The position numbers and the translations under genes were made by a program. DNA of 64,000 bases from a virus (Duplodnaviria; Heunggongvirae; Uroviricota; Caudoviricetes): the IMG/VR virus record IMGVR_UViG_3300012346_000380, positions 160,001 through 224,000 of that record; one strand, written 5' to 3'. Of this stretch, positions 39,514 through 48,935 are shown in pieces. Position 1 is the stretch's first letter. Each line of letters opens with the position of its first letter. The notes under the pieces are model-generated. The model was not told the DNA's origin and ran no database searches. It worked only from the letters and a program-made list of their open reading frames with translations.

Positions 39514-40277
39514 TATTTCTTGTTTTCTTTTTTATCGTAATATTCCCAAACCTCATCTAATTGTTTAGGATCTGCTAACCAGCTTTCCCACCAGCCTCCA
39601 CCTTCTTCTTCAACTAAAGAACCATCTTTTAATTTACGATATTCTTTTTCTTTAACTGCAATTTTAAAAGTTTTTGGTGTAAATGGAAATGATTTAATAT
39701 AATGCATACAACCAATTTGTTCTTCGCTGCCCTCAGTTATACTAACATGACCTGTAAAACCATAATCTTTTCCTTCAGGAATCCATACGATTGAATCTAA
39801 GTAATATGGTTGACCTTCTTTACCTTCTTTGAAAACCGAACTAAGTCTCATATTTTGAAAAGTTCCAGTGCCTTCTTCAGCGTCTTCGTATATTGAACAA
39901 TCTGACCATTCTTCGTCTGTTCCCATGATTCCTTCTCCAAGTGGCTCCTGCGCTAATAATTTCTGTAACACTTGAACAATAACTGCACTCGTAAATGGAG
40001 CTGAGCCACCGCTTTGACCAGAATCAGCAAATTTCTTTACTAATGCCATTACTTCAGGCACAAACTCTTTAATAATTGGAGTCCCACCTTCACCTTTACC
40101 TTCAGCATTTTTCATCATAAGATCCAATTCAAATTGAGCCTTATCGACTAATCCTTCATTGATAGAATCAACAGAGATCATCTTAACACCTTCGTGTAAG
40201 AATTTAATTAGCTGAAATTTAACTTTGTTTTCGATTGATTCTGCTAAGAATTCTTCGAATAATTTAACTGTTTTCAT
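39513..40277 (-). CDS. Leader-bearing protein
   Basis: Start moved to MKTVKLFEEFLAE; internal DSINEG. Confidence 0.7.
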   Translation of the reverse strand: MKTVKLFEEFLAESIENKVKFQLIKFLHEGVKMISVDSINEGLVDKAQFELDLMMKNAEGKGEGGTPIIKEFVPEVMALVKKFADSGQSGGSAPFTSAVIVQVLQKLLAQEPLGEGIMGTDEEWSDCSIYEDAEEGTGTFQNMRLSSVFKEGKEGQPYYLDSIVWIPEGKDYGFTGHVSITEGSEEQIGCMHYIKSFPFTPKTFKIAVKEKEYRKLKDGSLVEEEGGGWWESWLADPKQLDEVWEYYDKKENKK

Positions 40278-40288
40278 AGGTTTATTTA

Positions 40289-40615
40289 TCAAGATTCTAA
40301 ATCTAATTCTCCTAGTTCATCGTCAGAGTATTTAGAGTCTTCTTTTACTTTATTAATTTGCTCACGAATTTCAATCATTCTCATCTCAAACTCAAACAAT
40401 TCGTTAGCATTCATTTTACCTTGTTTGTGAATTTTTTTAGCCGCATTAAATTCAACCTTAGCTCTAGATAAAGCTTTGTTTAACTCTACTAATATTTTAT
40501 CTAAGGCTTGTTCTTCTAATTTCTTTTCTGTAACTTTAGGTTTAATAGGCTCTCTATTAATAGTAAATTCTATAGATTTAAAAAGAGAACAAAATTTATC
40601 TAATGTGCTAGCCAT
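40289..40615 (-). CDS. Hypothetical coiled-coil protein
   Basis: 108-aa ORF. Confidence 0.6.
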   Translation of the reverse strand: MASTLDKFCSLFKSIEFTINREPIKPKVTEKKLEEQALDKILVELNKALSRAKVEFNAAKKIHKQGKMNANELFEFEMRMIEIREQINKVKEDSKYSDDELGELDLES

Positions 40616-40626
40616 AATGCTATAGT

Positions 40627-41019
40627 TTATTTTTTATAATCAGCGTATGACTTTTCTTCAGTAAGTGTAGAACCAGTTAAAGCATCGATTTTCTTTTTAA
40701 CTAAATTTCTATCGTCATTAGTCCAATAAACTGCTCGAGCTAATTTAATAAATTCATCACCAAAATCATTACTTCTTTCGCAATCTCTAATGTCATCTTC
40801 AATGTTCCAAAGTTTTAAATTAACATCGTACATTTCTTGATAGGCTGTGTGAATTTCTGGGTCTTTACAATCGCTTATAATTTGTACAACAATAGGTGTT
40901 AAAATCTTCCATTCTGTATTTAGATTTGCTACTTTAGCGGGATCTGTGATTTTTTCTAATTTGATCTTTAAGATTGTGTGTTTATCTAAGATCTCTCCAT
41001 TTGAAACTTCAATTTTCAT
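40627..41019 (-). CDS. DUF6165-like protein
   Basis: IEVSNGEILDK.TIL.IK, N..LW.IEDDIR, AR.VY.TND.R, EEKSY. Confidence 0.7.
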   Translation of the reverse strand: MKIEVSNGEILDKHTILKIKLEKITDPAKVANLNTEWKILTPIVVQIISDCKDPEIHTAYQEMYDVNLKLWNIEDDIRDCERSNDFGDEFIKLARAVYWTNDDRNLVKKKIDALTGSTLTEEKSYADYKK

Positions 41020-41040
41020 TATAGTAAATTTTTATATAGT

Positions 41041-41913
41041 TTATTTATTCTTCTTAATCCAAGAAATTATGCTAGTCGAAGGTGTCCAACCTAATTCTAT
41101 TGTTGCCATTTTAATATCTGCGCATGACTGATATGGTTCATTTCTCTTTGGTATAAATTGAATTTCACCACCAAAAGCTTCAGCTACTTCTAAAATACTT
41201 AGCTCTTCACCAGAACCTATATTTAAAATAAAGAAATTGTCTCTACTCATGGCCATAATTAAAGCTGCAACTACATCTTTAACATAAACATAATCTCTGG
41301 TTTGTGAACCATCTCCTGTGACAGTAATAGGTTCAAAATCATTGTATTGCGTCATGAAACGAGCCACGGCTGGAGCATAAGAACCAGATGTTGGTTGTCC
41401 TTCTCCAAAAACATTAAAGAACCTTAAACAAGCTGTAGTCAAACCTTTACCATGACAGTGCGCTAAATGATTTTCAGCTCTCCATTTATATTCAGCGTAA
41501 GGTGACATTGGATTCACAGGTACACCTTCGTGTGTTGGTATAATAGAAGGATCACCGTAAACTGCAGCTGTTGAAGCCATAACTATTCTTCTAGCATTAA
41601 TATCAGCTGCCCAAATTAGTAATCTTTTAGTGGCTGATAGAATATTAGCTTTGTATTTAGGTGCATTAGATAAAGATTCTTCAACTGAGGTTGTAGCTGC
41701 TAAGTGATAAATGGCATCTATGTTCTGTAAATTAGGAAAATCATCGATAGTTAAATCCATTTTATACAAAGTGGCTCCTTCTGGCATATCTGTAAATCTA
41801 CCGGTTGATAAATTGTCTAAAACCACTACAGTTTTACCAATATCTACAAGTCTTTTGACTAAATGATGCCCAATAAAGCCACATCCACCTGTTACTACTG
41901 TTATTTTGTCCAT
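41041..41913 (-). CDS. NAD-dependent nucleotide-sugar epimerase/dehydratase (extended SDR)
   Basis: TGGCGFIG, HLAA, YAEYK, RFFNVFG, GDGSQTRDYVYV. Confidence 0.9.
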   Translation of the reverse strand: MDKITVVTGGCGFIGHHLVKRLVDIGKTVVVLDNLSTGRFTDMPEGATLYKMDLTIDDFPNLQNIDAIYHLAATTSVEESLSNAPKYKANILSATKRLLIWAADINARRIVMASTAAVYGDPSIIPTHEGVPVNPMSPYAEYKWRAENHLAHCHGKGLTTACLRFFNVFGEGQPTSGSYAPAVARFMTQYNDFEPITVTGDGSQTRDYVYVKDVVAALIMAMSRDNFFILNIGSGEELSILEVAEAFGGEIQFIPKRNEPYQSCADIKMATIELGWTPSTSIISWIKKNK

Positions 41914-44144
41914 GTTTTAATTTTTGTAATCACATCAGAACCTGATATTGATTTTGTACATTCAAATTGTTTTTCTGTTGCTTCATGCTTAGGACACCAG
42001 TTCCATTTGTTTTTATCAAAGTGATCCCATTCCCAACATGAATTACAAACAGTTTTGTCTATAATTCTTAAAGTTTTATCAGTAAACTCGCAAATTTCTG
42101 GAGTAAAACCACTGATTAAAACTATCTTAGCATTTAAAGACCATGCGAACCAACTTAAACCGCTTGAAATACCCATAAAATAGTCAGCGTGTTTGATATA
42201 GTTTGCAATTACTTGTAAATCTGATGGTAATCTTTGAGCTCCTTTAGGATAAAAGTTACCCATGTAACCATTCTCTTCACTTGAAGCTATATAAACTTTA
42301 TAGCCTTGGCTTTTATGCCAATCTACTATTTCTTGCCAACCTGTTGGATTATTCCAGTATTTAGCTTGCGCTGTACTTTGAGTAGCAATGACAATATATT
42401 TGCCAGCGACTGGTCGACCTAGATCTAGAAAAGAAAGTTTTGGTCTAATTTCTCCAATAGGTTCTAAACCAAGTGCATCTGTTGCAATATCGCCTAAGTA
42501 AATCTTGCGCCAATCTCTAGGATTTTTATCCTCAAACCAAGCGGGTCCTTGACCAACATTTGCCATGTGCACTCCTATTTCATAAGTAGCATCACAGCTT
42601 GGTGTTTGAGTCCCTGGTTGCATAGCGTAGATGCCTTTTTTATTGTAGTATGTCCAATCAAATAGCCAATTCTTATAGGTTAATAAGTTAACTTTACTTA
42701 ATTTGTGTTCTTCTTTAAAAGCCACAACAGCTTCTATAAAAGCTAACGTATCGCCAAGAGAAGAGCTACCAAATTCTATATTAACAACTCCATTAGTTAG
42801 ATCTTGCGTCCATGTTTCTGGTTCTGAACCTTCAAACTGAAAATCAATTTGCCAAGGCATAAAGAATTTTTCGTATGGCGCTCCCCAGTGATTAGGCTCT
42901 AAATTCATGGAGCACAAAACTTCTTGAGTGCGCGCGTTTTTAAAGCTAACTTGGCATTTTTTATCTGAGTCGTTATAGAATTTTATACCTCTGTTTATTT
43001 CTACGTGCCATTTTTTTGTGTCTTGCATAGCTATCGGTCTTCTAGCCTTTGGGCTAGCTAATAATTTTTTATATAAGTATTGGTGTTGCAGCGCAAATTC
43101 TGAGTTTGAGTCTCGAGCTACTCTAGGTTTTTGATTAAAACAAAGTCCAATAACGGATTCAGCGTCTTTACTAGCAACGCCTGTTAAATGTGTTAGTGTT
43201 TTGGTCCATTGGTCACCATACTGTGGTAAGTTAAAAGCCATGGTTGGTATACCAAGAGATGCGGCCTCTGCTAAAACTATCGGGTTGCATTCCCAGTTTG
43301 ATGTGAATAGCATTAGATCGCTCATTTGTAAGAGCGTCGATGTATCTTCGCGTTCGCCCCAGACTTTACAGTTAGGTGGTAGGTCATTCATAAGTGGTTG
43401 CCAGTACTCAGAGAAGTTTGAGGCTTGGTTACCAACAAAATGAAATTGGTATGTGTGGCCATATTTAGCATACAACGTGCGTGCGATGTCTATGGCGTAC
43501 TTTTGGTTTTTACCTTGGGTCCATAAGCCTATATTGATAATATGAAATTCTCCTTGGGTACGGTAACCAAAATCTCCTAAAATCTCCTTGCGGTCTTTGA
43601 GAATAACAGACTTAGATTTAGTCCATGGAAAAGTAATCAGAGACTTAGTAACATCTATGTCTTTAAATGTTTTTAATTCATGTTCAGGTGAAACCATTGC
43701 AAAACCGTCGGGCAGAATCTTCTTCATTGTCGAAGGATTAAACCAAATGTTGTGGCAAGTTTCTACAATTCTCCATGGATGTTTAGTATCGTAGAGCTCT
43801 TGTTGTAATTCAATTGGAAATGGATTAAAACCATCAAAGCCTTCTGGAATTTCATCGATGTGAATAATATCAATACCACATTCATAACATAAATCTACTA
43901 ATTTAGATTTCTTTTCAATTTGAATTTCTTTTGATTCAGCTAAATCTCCAAGTGAAACAAAGTGATCCTTGTCTAATAGCTTTTCAATTTGATCTCTTTG
44001 AACTGTATAAGCATCTGAATATTTGGTCCATTCAGCTACATAAATTTCATGCTCAGTCCATTCTTGCATTTCTTGAATACGTCTAAGTAAAAAAGCTGGC
44101 ATGCCTCCTGTGGATAAATGAGGTGCTAAGTATAAAATCTTCAT
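41901..44144 (-). CDS. Fusion of GT4-like (GT-B) domain and TibC/Aah-like protein O-heptosyltransferase domain
   Basis: N-half PHLSTGG, KNQ, ECNPIVLAEA; C-half SSLGDT, QSTAQAKYWNNPTGW, GISSGLSW, ISGFT and Cys cluster CNSCW...WCP.H...FECT. Confidence 0.75.
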   Translation of the reverse strand: MKILYLAPHLSTGGMPAFLLRRIQEMQEWTEHEIYVAEWTKYSDAYTVQRDQIEKLLDKDHFVSLGDLAESKEIQIEKKSKLVDLCYECGIDIIHIDEIPEGFDGFNPFPIELQQELYDTKHPWRIVETCHNIWFNPSTMKKILPDGFAMVSPEHELKTFKDIDVTKSLITFPWTKSKSVILKDRKEILGDFGYRTQGEFHIINIGLWTQGKNQKYAIDIARTLYAKYGHTYQFHFVGNQASNFSEYWQPLMNDLPPNCKVWGEREDTSTLLQMSDLMLFTSNWECNPIVLAEAASLGIPTMAFNLPQYGDQWTKTLTHLTGVASKDAESVIGLCFNQKPRVARDSNSEFALQHQYLYKKLLASPKARRPIAMQDTKKWHVEINRGIKFYNDSDKKCQVSFKNARTQEVLCSMNLEPNHWGAPYEKFFMPWQIDFQFEGSEPETWTQDLTNGVVNIEFGSSSLGDTLAFIEAVVAFKEEHKLSKVNLLTYKNWLFDWTYYNKKGIYAMQPGTQTPSCDATYEIGVHMANVGQGPAWFEDKNPRDWRKIYLGDIATDALGLEPIGEIRPKLSFLDLGRPVAGKYIVIATQSTAQAKYWNNPTGWQEIVDWHKSQGYKVYIASSEENGYMGNFYPKGAQRLPSDLQVIANYIKHADYFMGISSGLSWFAWSLNAKIVLISGFTPEICEFTDKTLRIIDKTVCNSCWEWDHFDKNKWNWCPKHEATEKQFECTKSISGSDVITKIKTWTK

Positions 44145-44146
44145 AA

Positions 44147-45769
44147 TTAATTTTTAAATTCTCTATATTGTGATTCTATGGCTGAAATTCCACTTAATTG
44201 TGTAGCCATTGATTCTTCAAACATACCTAAATTAAACTTGGCAAAGAATATATCGTTTAAGAATATATCTGCGCCGTCCCATGTTGCATGTTTGTATCTG
44301 TCTATTAAATATCTTCTAATTTTCTGTGGAAACATAATCATCTGAGCACCTATGATTCTATTAACCAAATGAGTGTCTTCTATTTTCTGTAAGGTTTCAC
44401 TTTGTAAACCATCGCCTTCTAATAAAAACCTAGAACCAAATGAAAAATAAGAAATGTCATTCTTAACAATCGATTCAGCAGCTTTGTCTATTTTTTGTAA
44501 TGCTGTTTTCAAATCAACTTCTAACATAGCATCACCTTCACAGACAATAAAAAAATCTGTATCTTCTGTAAAGTGTTCGATTGTTGCATCAGCAAAAGCT
44601 CTAAAGGCGCCATAATGTCCTGGTCTAATTGGTATAGAGTCGTATTGATCTGGTCTAGTAAAAGTTTCTCTTGGTGGTGTTTCAGTCCATCGCTTATTCC
44701 AAACTTGAATATACTCAACTCCTATACGTGATAATTCTGAAATTGACTCTATAGATTTTGTTTGTCTGTCTTGATCTAAATCATCTTCTAATAACAAATG
44801 AACTAGTTTGATTTTAGCCTTGACATTATAATGTGATAAAACAGCTTCGAATACTTGATCTACTGAAGGATGACATTCAAATGTTGGTTTTCCTTCTAAA
44901 CAATAAACTTGCGGTGGCACACCATGAATAGATCCATGCACTTTAACATTATATTTCATGTTAGATGAACAAAACAAATCACATGAGCCTTTTACATATT
45001 GATATTTGTAAGCTTGTGAACCTTGTCTGTAAGGTGCTCTTAGTTTTGGATCAATTGAACTACCTAATTGAATAAGATTAACATCTGTAGTTCCTGCCAC
45101 ATGTAAAATACCTGAGTCCATTGTAACTACGCACATGGCTTGATTATTCATCATCCATCTTAATTCAGCCACGTCATTATCTGGATCATCTAACAAATTA
45201 ACACCGTATCTAATATGTAAATCCATTACTGGTTTGTCAACGTTAAAGAAACCTTGTTCTTTACCACTTCTACCAACTGCCACAACTGGAATTCCTGCGT
45301 CGAATAATTTGTCTATTAAAGCTTGCCATTTTTCTTGAGCCCAAGTTCTTGATTCCCAAGTATATGTTGGATGTATCATCACATAGGAGCTGACTGGCAG
45401 CTCACGTTTTCTTTCAATATACAAATCAGTTTCCATTTCTTGTTCAGTCAGGGCAAATCCCTGTGATACGGCATGAAATTGTCGGATGTCCATGTTAGAA
45501 TATCTCCACTCTATGGTTTCACCGTTATGTAATTGATATGATTTACCAACAAGTGGCATAAACATTCGATGCACTTTACGAAAGTGATTTAGATCTGTTG
45601 ATTCTGGTCTAGAAATATGTGAAAATGAAGGATGGCCTTCAAATAAGTAGGGATGGTTTGTTATGATATGAACCTCTTCATTATCATAAGCTTTTGCTAT
45701 CTTTTTACAAGCTGGAATTGCAGCAATTGTATCTCCAAGTGCAAGCGTATCAATAAAGACTCCTATCAT
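44147..45769 (-). CDS. Two-domain glycosyltransferase (GT9-like plus GT-A/GT25-like)
   Basis: ALGDT, MDSGILHVA (GT9 DSG..H), Cys cluster; C-domain GHYG..., CEGDA. Confidence 0.7.
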   Translation of the reverse strand: MIGVFIDTLALGDTIAAIPACKKIAKAYDNEEVHIITNHPYLFEGHPSFSHISRPESTDLNHFRKVHRMFMPLVGKSYQLHNGETIEWRYSNMDIRQFHAVSQGFALTEQEMETDLYIERKRELPVSSYVMIHPTYTWESRTWAQEKWQALIDKLFDAGIPVVAVGRSGKEQGFFNVDKPVMDLHIRYGVNLLDDPDNDVAELRWMMNNQAMCVVTMDSGILHVAGTTDVNLIQLGSSIDPKLRAPYRQGSQAYKYQYVKGSCDLFCSSNMKYNVKVHGSIHGVPPQVYCLEGKPTFECHPSVDQVFEAVLSHYNVKAKIKLVHLLLEDDLDQDRQTKSIESISELSRIGVEYIQVWNKRWTETPPRETFTRPDQYDSIPIRPGHYGAFRAFADATIEHFTEDTDFFIVCEGDAMLEVDLKTALQKIDKAAESIVKNDISYFSFGSRFLLEGDGLQSETLQKIEDTHLVNRIIGAQMIMFPQKIRRYLIDRYKHATWDGADIFLNDIFFAKFNLGMFEESMATQLSGISAIESQYREFKN

Positions 45770-45815
45770 AGTTATAACATTTATATGTTATTTATATAAA
45801 AAAGCTGGGCTTTGT

Positions 45816-46274
45816 TTATTCGAAAGAGTCTAAAATAATTTGTAAATCTGTGTAGCAATCATCTATATGTTTGTAAATAGATTTTTCTTTGATACAAGTT
45901 TCACTAAATTTATAAATGTATTTGTTTGATTTTAAATCTTTAAGAGCACACATGATTTTATATTTTGGCTTCTTAGATAATAAAGATTTAAGGTGAGTAA
46001 CAGACCATGTCTGTGCTTTGGCTTTACCAACAACAGCATAATCTACTTTAACCATGGCGGTTAATTGGAAATCTGGATTGTCTAACGTAGCAAAATCATA
46101 GTATTGCTTGAATCCATTTTTTATAATAAGTAAACCATAGTAAACTGAATCGCTTGACTCTAAAACCTTTTTCAAGGAATCTGAATCAAGCGATTCTGTT
46201 AAATAAAATGGTGGTAAGTTAACTTGAATTTTTTCTAGAACATTAAGCTCCTGTAAATCCTGTTGGTCTTGCAT
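45816..46274 (-). CDS. Hypothetical protein
   Basis: 152-aa ORF. Confidence 0.6.
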   Translation of the reverse strand: MQDQQDLQELNVLEKIQVNLPPFYLTESLDSDSLKKVLESSDSVYYGLLIIKNGFKQYYDFATLDNPDFQLTAMVKVDYAVVGKAKAQTWSVTHLKSLLSKKPKYKIMCALKDLKSNKYIYKFSETCIKEKSIYKHIDDCYTDLQIILDSFE

Positions 46275-47013
46275 CGTCTTCTAATTTAATATTTCTCTTT
46301 TCAGAACTTTTATTAATTAATCCTCCTTTAACTTCATTTCTTTTAGCAAGATATTCATTAAGATCATCTTCATTTTTGATAACCTTTGCGTATGTTTCCA
46401 CTGAAGGTTCTTCTTCAACAGTTAAACCTAAAATAGATTCAGCTGATTCTTCAGAACTAATTCCATGTAAACCAGAATCATCTGGTCCATAATTTCCTTT
46501 AGGTCCTTCTAAAACCTCTGAAGAAGGTGATACGATTAATGGCTCATTAACTTCAATGTCTTTTAATTCCTTTGTTTTTTCAGGTTTAATGTAATCAACT
46601 AAAGATTTAATAAAACCTAATGCAACTAAAGGTAAAATAGCTCCTGAAACAAAAGATAAAATTCTCTTTTGATATAAAGGATCTTCTTCAACTAAGTTGA
46701 ATAATTGAACCCATGAATCATAACCATTTAAATTTTTGAATGCGTAATACATGTTACCTTGCATTTGCATTAAAGTAATGGTGATGAATAAGGCCCATAC
46801 TAAGCTTTTATTCATTTTATCTAATGCAATTAAAGATGCAAGAGATGCTGCAGCTCCAACTTCAAACGCAATAGCTAAAGAAACTGCCAACCAATATGGG
46901 TTTGACATACTAAAGAAATCTATAACGTGAATTGTTGAAATTATTGAAACTATTAAGTATAGCATCACAAAGGTAGAGATTACAAATCTATTAACCAAAG
47001 TTTGTTGTGTCAT
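46243..47013 (-). CDS. Multi-pass membrane protein with acidic C-terminal tail
   Basis: Four TM segments; start moved to MTQQTL. Confidence 0.7.
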   Translation of the reverse strand: MTQQTLVNRFVISTFVMLYLIVSIISTIHVIDFFSMSNPYWLAVSLAIAFEVGAAASLASLIALDKMNKSLVWALFITITLMQMQGNMYYAFKNLNGYDSWVQLFNLVEEDPLYQKRILSFVSGAILPLVALGFIKSLVDYIKPEKTKELKDIEVNEPLIVSPSSEVLEGPKGNYGPDDSGLHGISSEESAESILGLTVEEEPSVETYAKVIKNEDDLNEYLAKRNEVKGGLINKSSEKRNIKLEDDARPTGFTGA

Positions 47014-47197
47014 TGTCTTCTGTATTTTTTTTACTATAAGGCCACATTTCGTTCCAGTCTTTTTGTCTTTCACTACATCCGCAATCTTCTGCTCCTAATG
47101 CATTTGCAACCTTTTTGGCAACTTTATCCAAACCTGTAGCTTTCGTGAACTTTGCTACAGTGTCACCGAATCCTTCAGATTTTTCTTCAATTGGCAT
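46991..47197 (-). CDS. Small hypothetical protein with CGC motif
   Basis: GFGDTVAKFTKATG...DCGC..RQ..WN. Confidence 0.65.
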   Translation of the reverse strand: MPIEEKSEGFGDTVAKFTKATGLDKVAKKVANALGAEDCGCSERQKDWNEMWPYSKKNTEDNDTTNFG

Positions 47198-47469
47198 TAT
47201 TTTTCTAATTTTTTTATCTCTTGATCGATTTCAGTTTGACGTTGCACATCTAACATTTTTCTGTCAGTTGCTTGGATCATTCTTTTTTCTGCTTTCAAAC
47301 CTTCGATTTGAAGTTGTTTTTGAGTAGGCAGAGAATCAATAACAGTTAAATGTTTTTTAACTTTGGTTAGTTCTGAGTCAATACTACAAGATTTCACATA
47401 CGTTAAAAACAATAAAACGATAATTACCTTAATGCCATGTTTGGCTAAAAAATTGTTTAATTTATCCAT
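47197..47469 (-). CDS. Small membrane-anchored coiled-coil protein
   Basis: N-terminal TM ending in KSC; late-type motif at 47491-47500. Confidence 0.6.
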   Translation of the reverse strand: MDKLNNFLAKHGIKVIIVLLFLTYVKSCSIDSELTKVKKHLTVIDSLPTQKQLQIEGLKAEKRMIQATDRKMLDVQRQTEIDQEIKKLEK

Positions 47470-47502
47470 GATTAGATTTTTTATTTTTTTGTATATATTT
47501 GA

Positions 47503-48237
47503 TTAAAGTTGTTTAAATGCCGCTAATCTTTCTTGGAACAGTTTAAAATAGATTTTAATATCTGCTTCGCTTAATTTAAATATTTGTGGACATGATTCTG
47601 GTTCACTTGCAATCCAAATTTCAACGCCTCTTGGTCTAATACCAGTTCTTTCCCAATAAGCTATAACATAAGCTGAAGCTTGTATAAAATAGTCTTGGAT
47701 CCAACGTTCTTCTTTTGGCTTTCTAGAATTCTTATAGTCAATAACAACAACCGTATCATCTATCAACTCTGAAACATTATCTACAGTACCTGCGTAACCG
47801 CCAGCTTTAACTGACCACAAAAACTTTTCAGCTGCTAAAACCGTCTTAACTCTATCGAAAAAATAACTAGAATTGTTGTAGAACTTCATAAAGAATTCAA
47901 AGCCTTGATCGATATAGGTTTGATCAAAGTCTGTAATTTCTTTATCGTTTATCATCAAAGTTTTGAGCATTGCTAATCTGTCTTCTTTAGAACCTTTAAG
48001 TGGTTTATAAAGCTCAATTAATCGGTGCATGACAGTTCCTCTGTTCATAGAATTGGTAGAAATGCGATTAGCTTCTTCTTCACCAACTTTAGCTTTCCAT
48101 TTGTCTAAGCCTGATTTGTCTGATGTTTGACCGAGAACTGCGGTCACTGACGGAAATGTGCCAAGAATTTTAGAGCCTTGACTTACTTGATAGTGTCTAA
48201 TACCATCTATCTCAACTCTTTTAATCTTTTCTTTCAT
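47503..48237 (-). CDS. PD-(D/E)XK exonuclease
   Basis: PSVTAVL, RGTVMH, E, AGTVD, IDYKNS, Q..AY; start moved to MKEKIK. Confidence 0.85.
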   Translation of the reverse strand: MKEKIKRVEIDGIRHYQVSQGSKILGTFPSVTAVLGQTSDKSGLDKWKAKVGEEEANRISTNSMNRGTVMHRLIELYKPLKGSKEDRLAMLKTLMINDKEITDFDQTYIDQGFEFFMKFYNNSSYFFDRVKTVLAAEKFLWSVKAGGYAGTVDNVSELIDDTVVVIDYKNSRKPKEERWIQDYFIQASAYVIAYWERTGIRPRGVEIWIASEPESCPQIFKLSEADIKIYFKLFQERLAAFKQL

Positions 48238-48692
48238 TAAGCCGCCAATTGTTGTACTGTTGCTGTAAGCCAAGCCCAAGGTACATATTTAAAAGCTAAC
48301 CAAGCAATGCAAACTGCTATAACTGTTACAGCTGTGCTTGTAACAAATTCACCAAGTTCTACATAATCTCTTTCTGGCCAAAGAATAATTAAATACGAGT
48401 TTGAACCTTCAATTTTTTGAATTTCAGGAAATGAACTATCAGCCATACCATATTTCATTAAGATATTGGTTAAAGGACCTAATTGACCTAACACATAAGA
48501 TTGTTGCATTAATTCAGGTTGTGTTAGCAATTCTTCTTTAAGATTAATAACCGTGTAAATTCTACCTAAATTATCAACTCTTAAACCTTCTGCTTCTATT
48601 TCAGTTTTTAAAGATATTGCTGCTTTGCGGTACTTATAAAGCAATCTTAGTTCTTTAAAGAAGTTGTACCAGTATGAGAAAATATTAATCAT
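48237..48692 (-). CDS. Hypothetical membrane protein
   Basis: 151 aa with C-terminal TM; middle-type promoter at 48711-48739. Confidence 0.6.
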   Translation of the reverse strand: MINIFSYWYNFFKELRLLYKYRKAAISLKTEIEAEGLRVDNLGRIYTVINLKEELLTQPELMQQSYVLGQLGPLTNILMKYGMADSSFPEIQKIEGSNSYLIILWPERDYVELGEFVTSTAVTVIAVCIAWLAFKYVPWAWLTATVQQLAA

Positions 48693-48740
48693 ATAAAATA
48701 TATTTTAGTTGTTATATTTATTTAAATCATTTTGTTTCAT

Positions 48741-48771
48741 AAAAAAAGCTCAATTCTAAGAACTGAGCTTT
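48741..48771 (-). terminator. Terminator closing the tRNA/ncRNA operon
   Basis: Minus strand AAAGCTCAGTTC-TTA-GAATTGAGCTTTTTTT. Confidence 0.75.
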
Positions 48772-48775
48772 AGTG

Positions 48776-48848
<73 letters not shown>

Positions 48849-48850
48849 AT

Positions 48851-48920
48851 TTGGGTAGGTCAGACGCGTTCTGCCTACCGAGACCTTGTCGTTGACTTTC
48901 GTCAGAGCGGACCAAGACAC
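48851..48920 (-). ncRNA. Candidate structured RNA in the tRNA-Gly leader
   Basis: Minus CTTGGTCCG...TGAC-GAAA-GTCA...CGACAAG, then the GGTAGGCAG/CTGACCTACC hairpin. Confidence 0.4.
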
Positions 48921-48935
48921 TTTTTAATAATAAGC

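Noticed and set aside
47503-48237. Cas4 / CRISPR adaptation gene
   Set aside because: It lacks the four-Cys Fe-S motif and has no array nearby; it fits a stand-alone phage PD-(D/E)XK exonuclease.
48885-48910. CUGACGA...GAAA as a hammerhead ribozyme core
   Set aside because: The two motifs overlap within a single GNRA hairpin, leaving no stem II or three-way junction.
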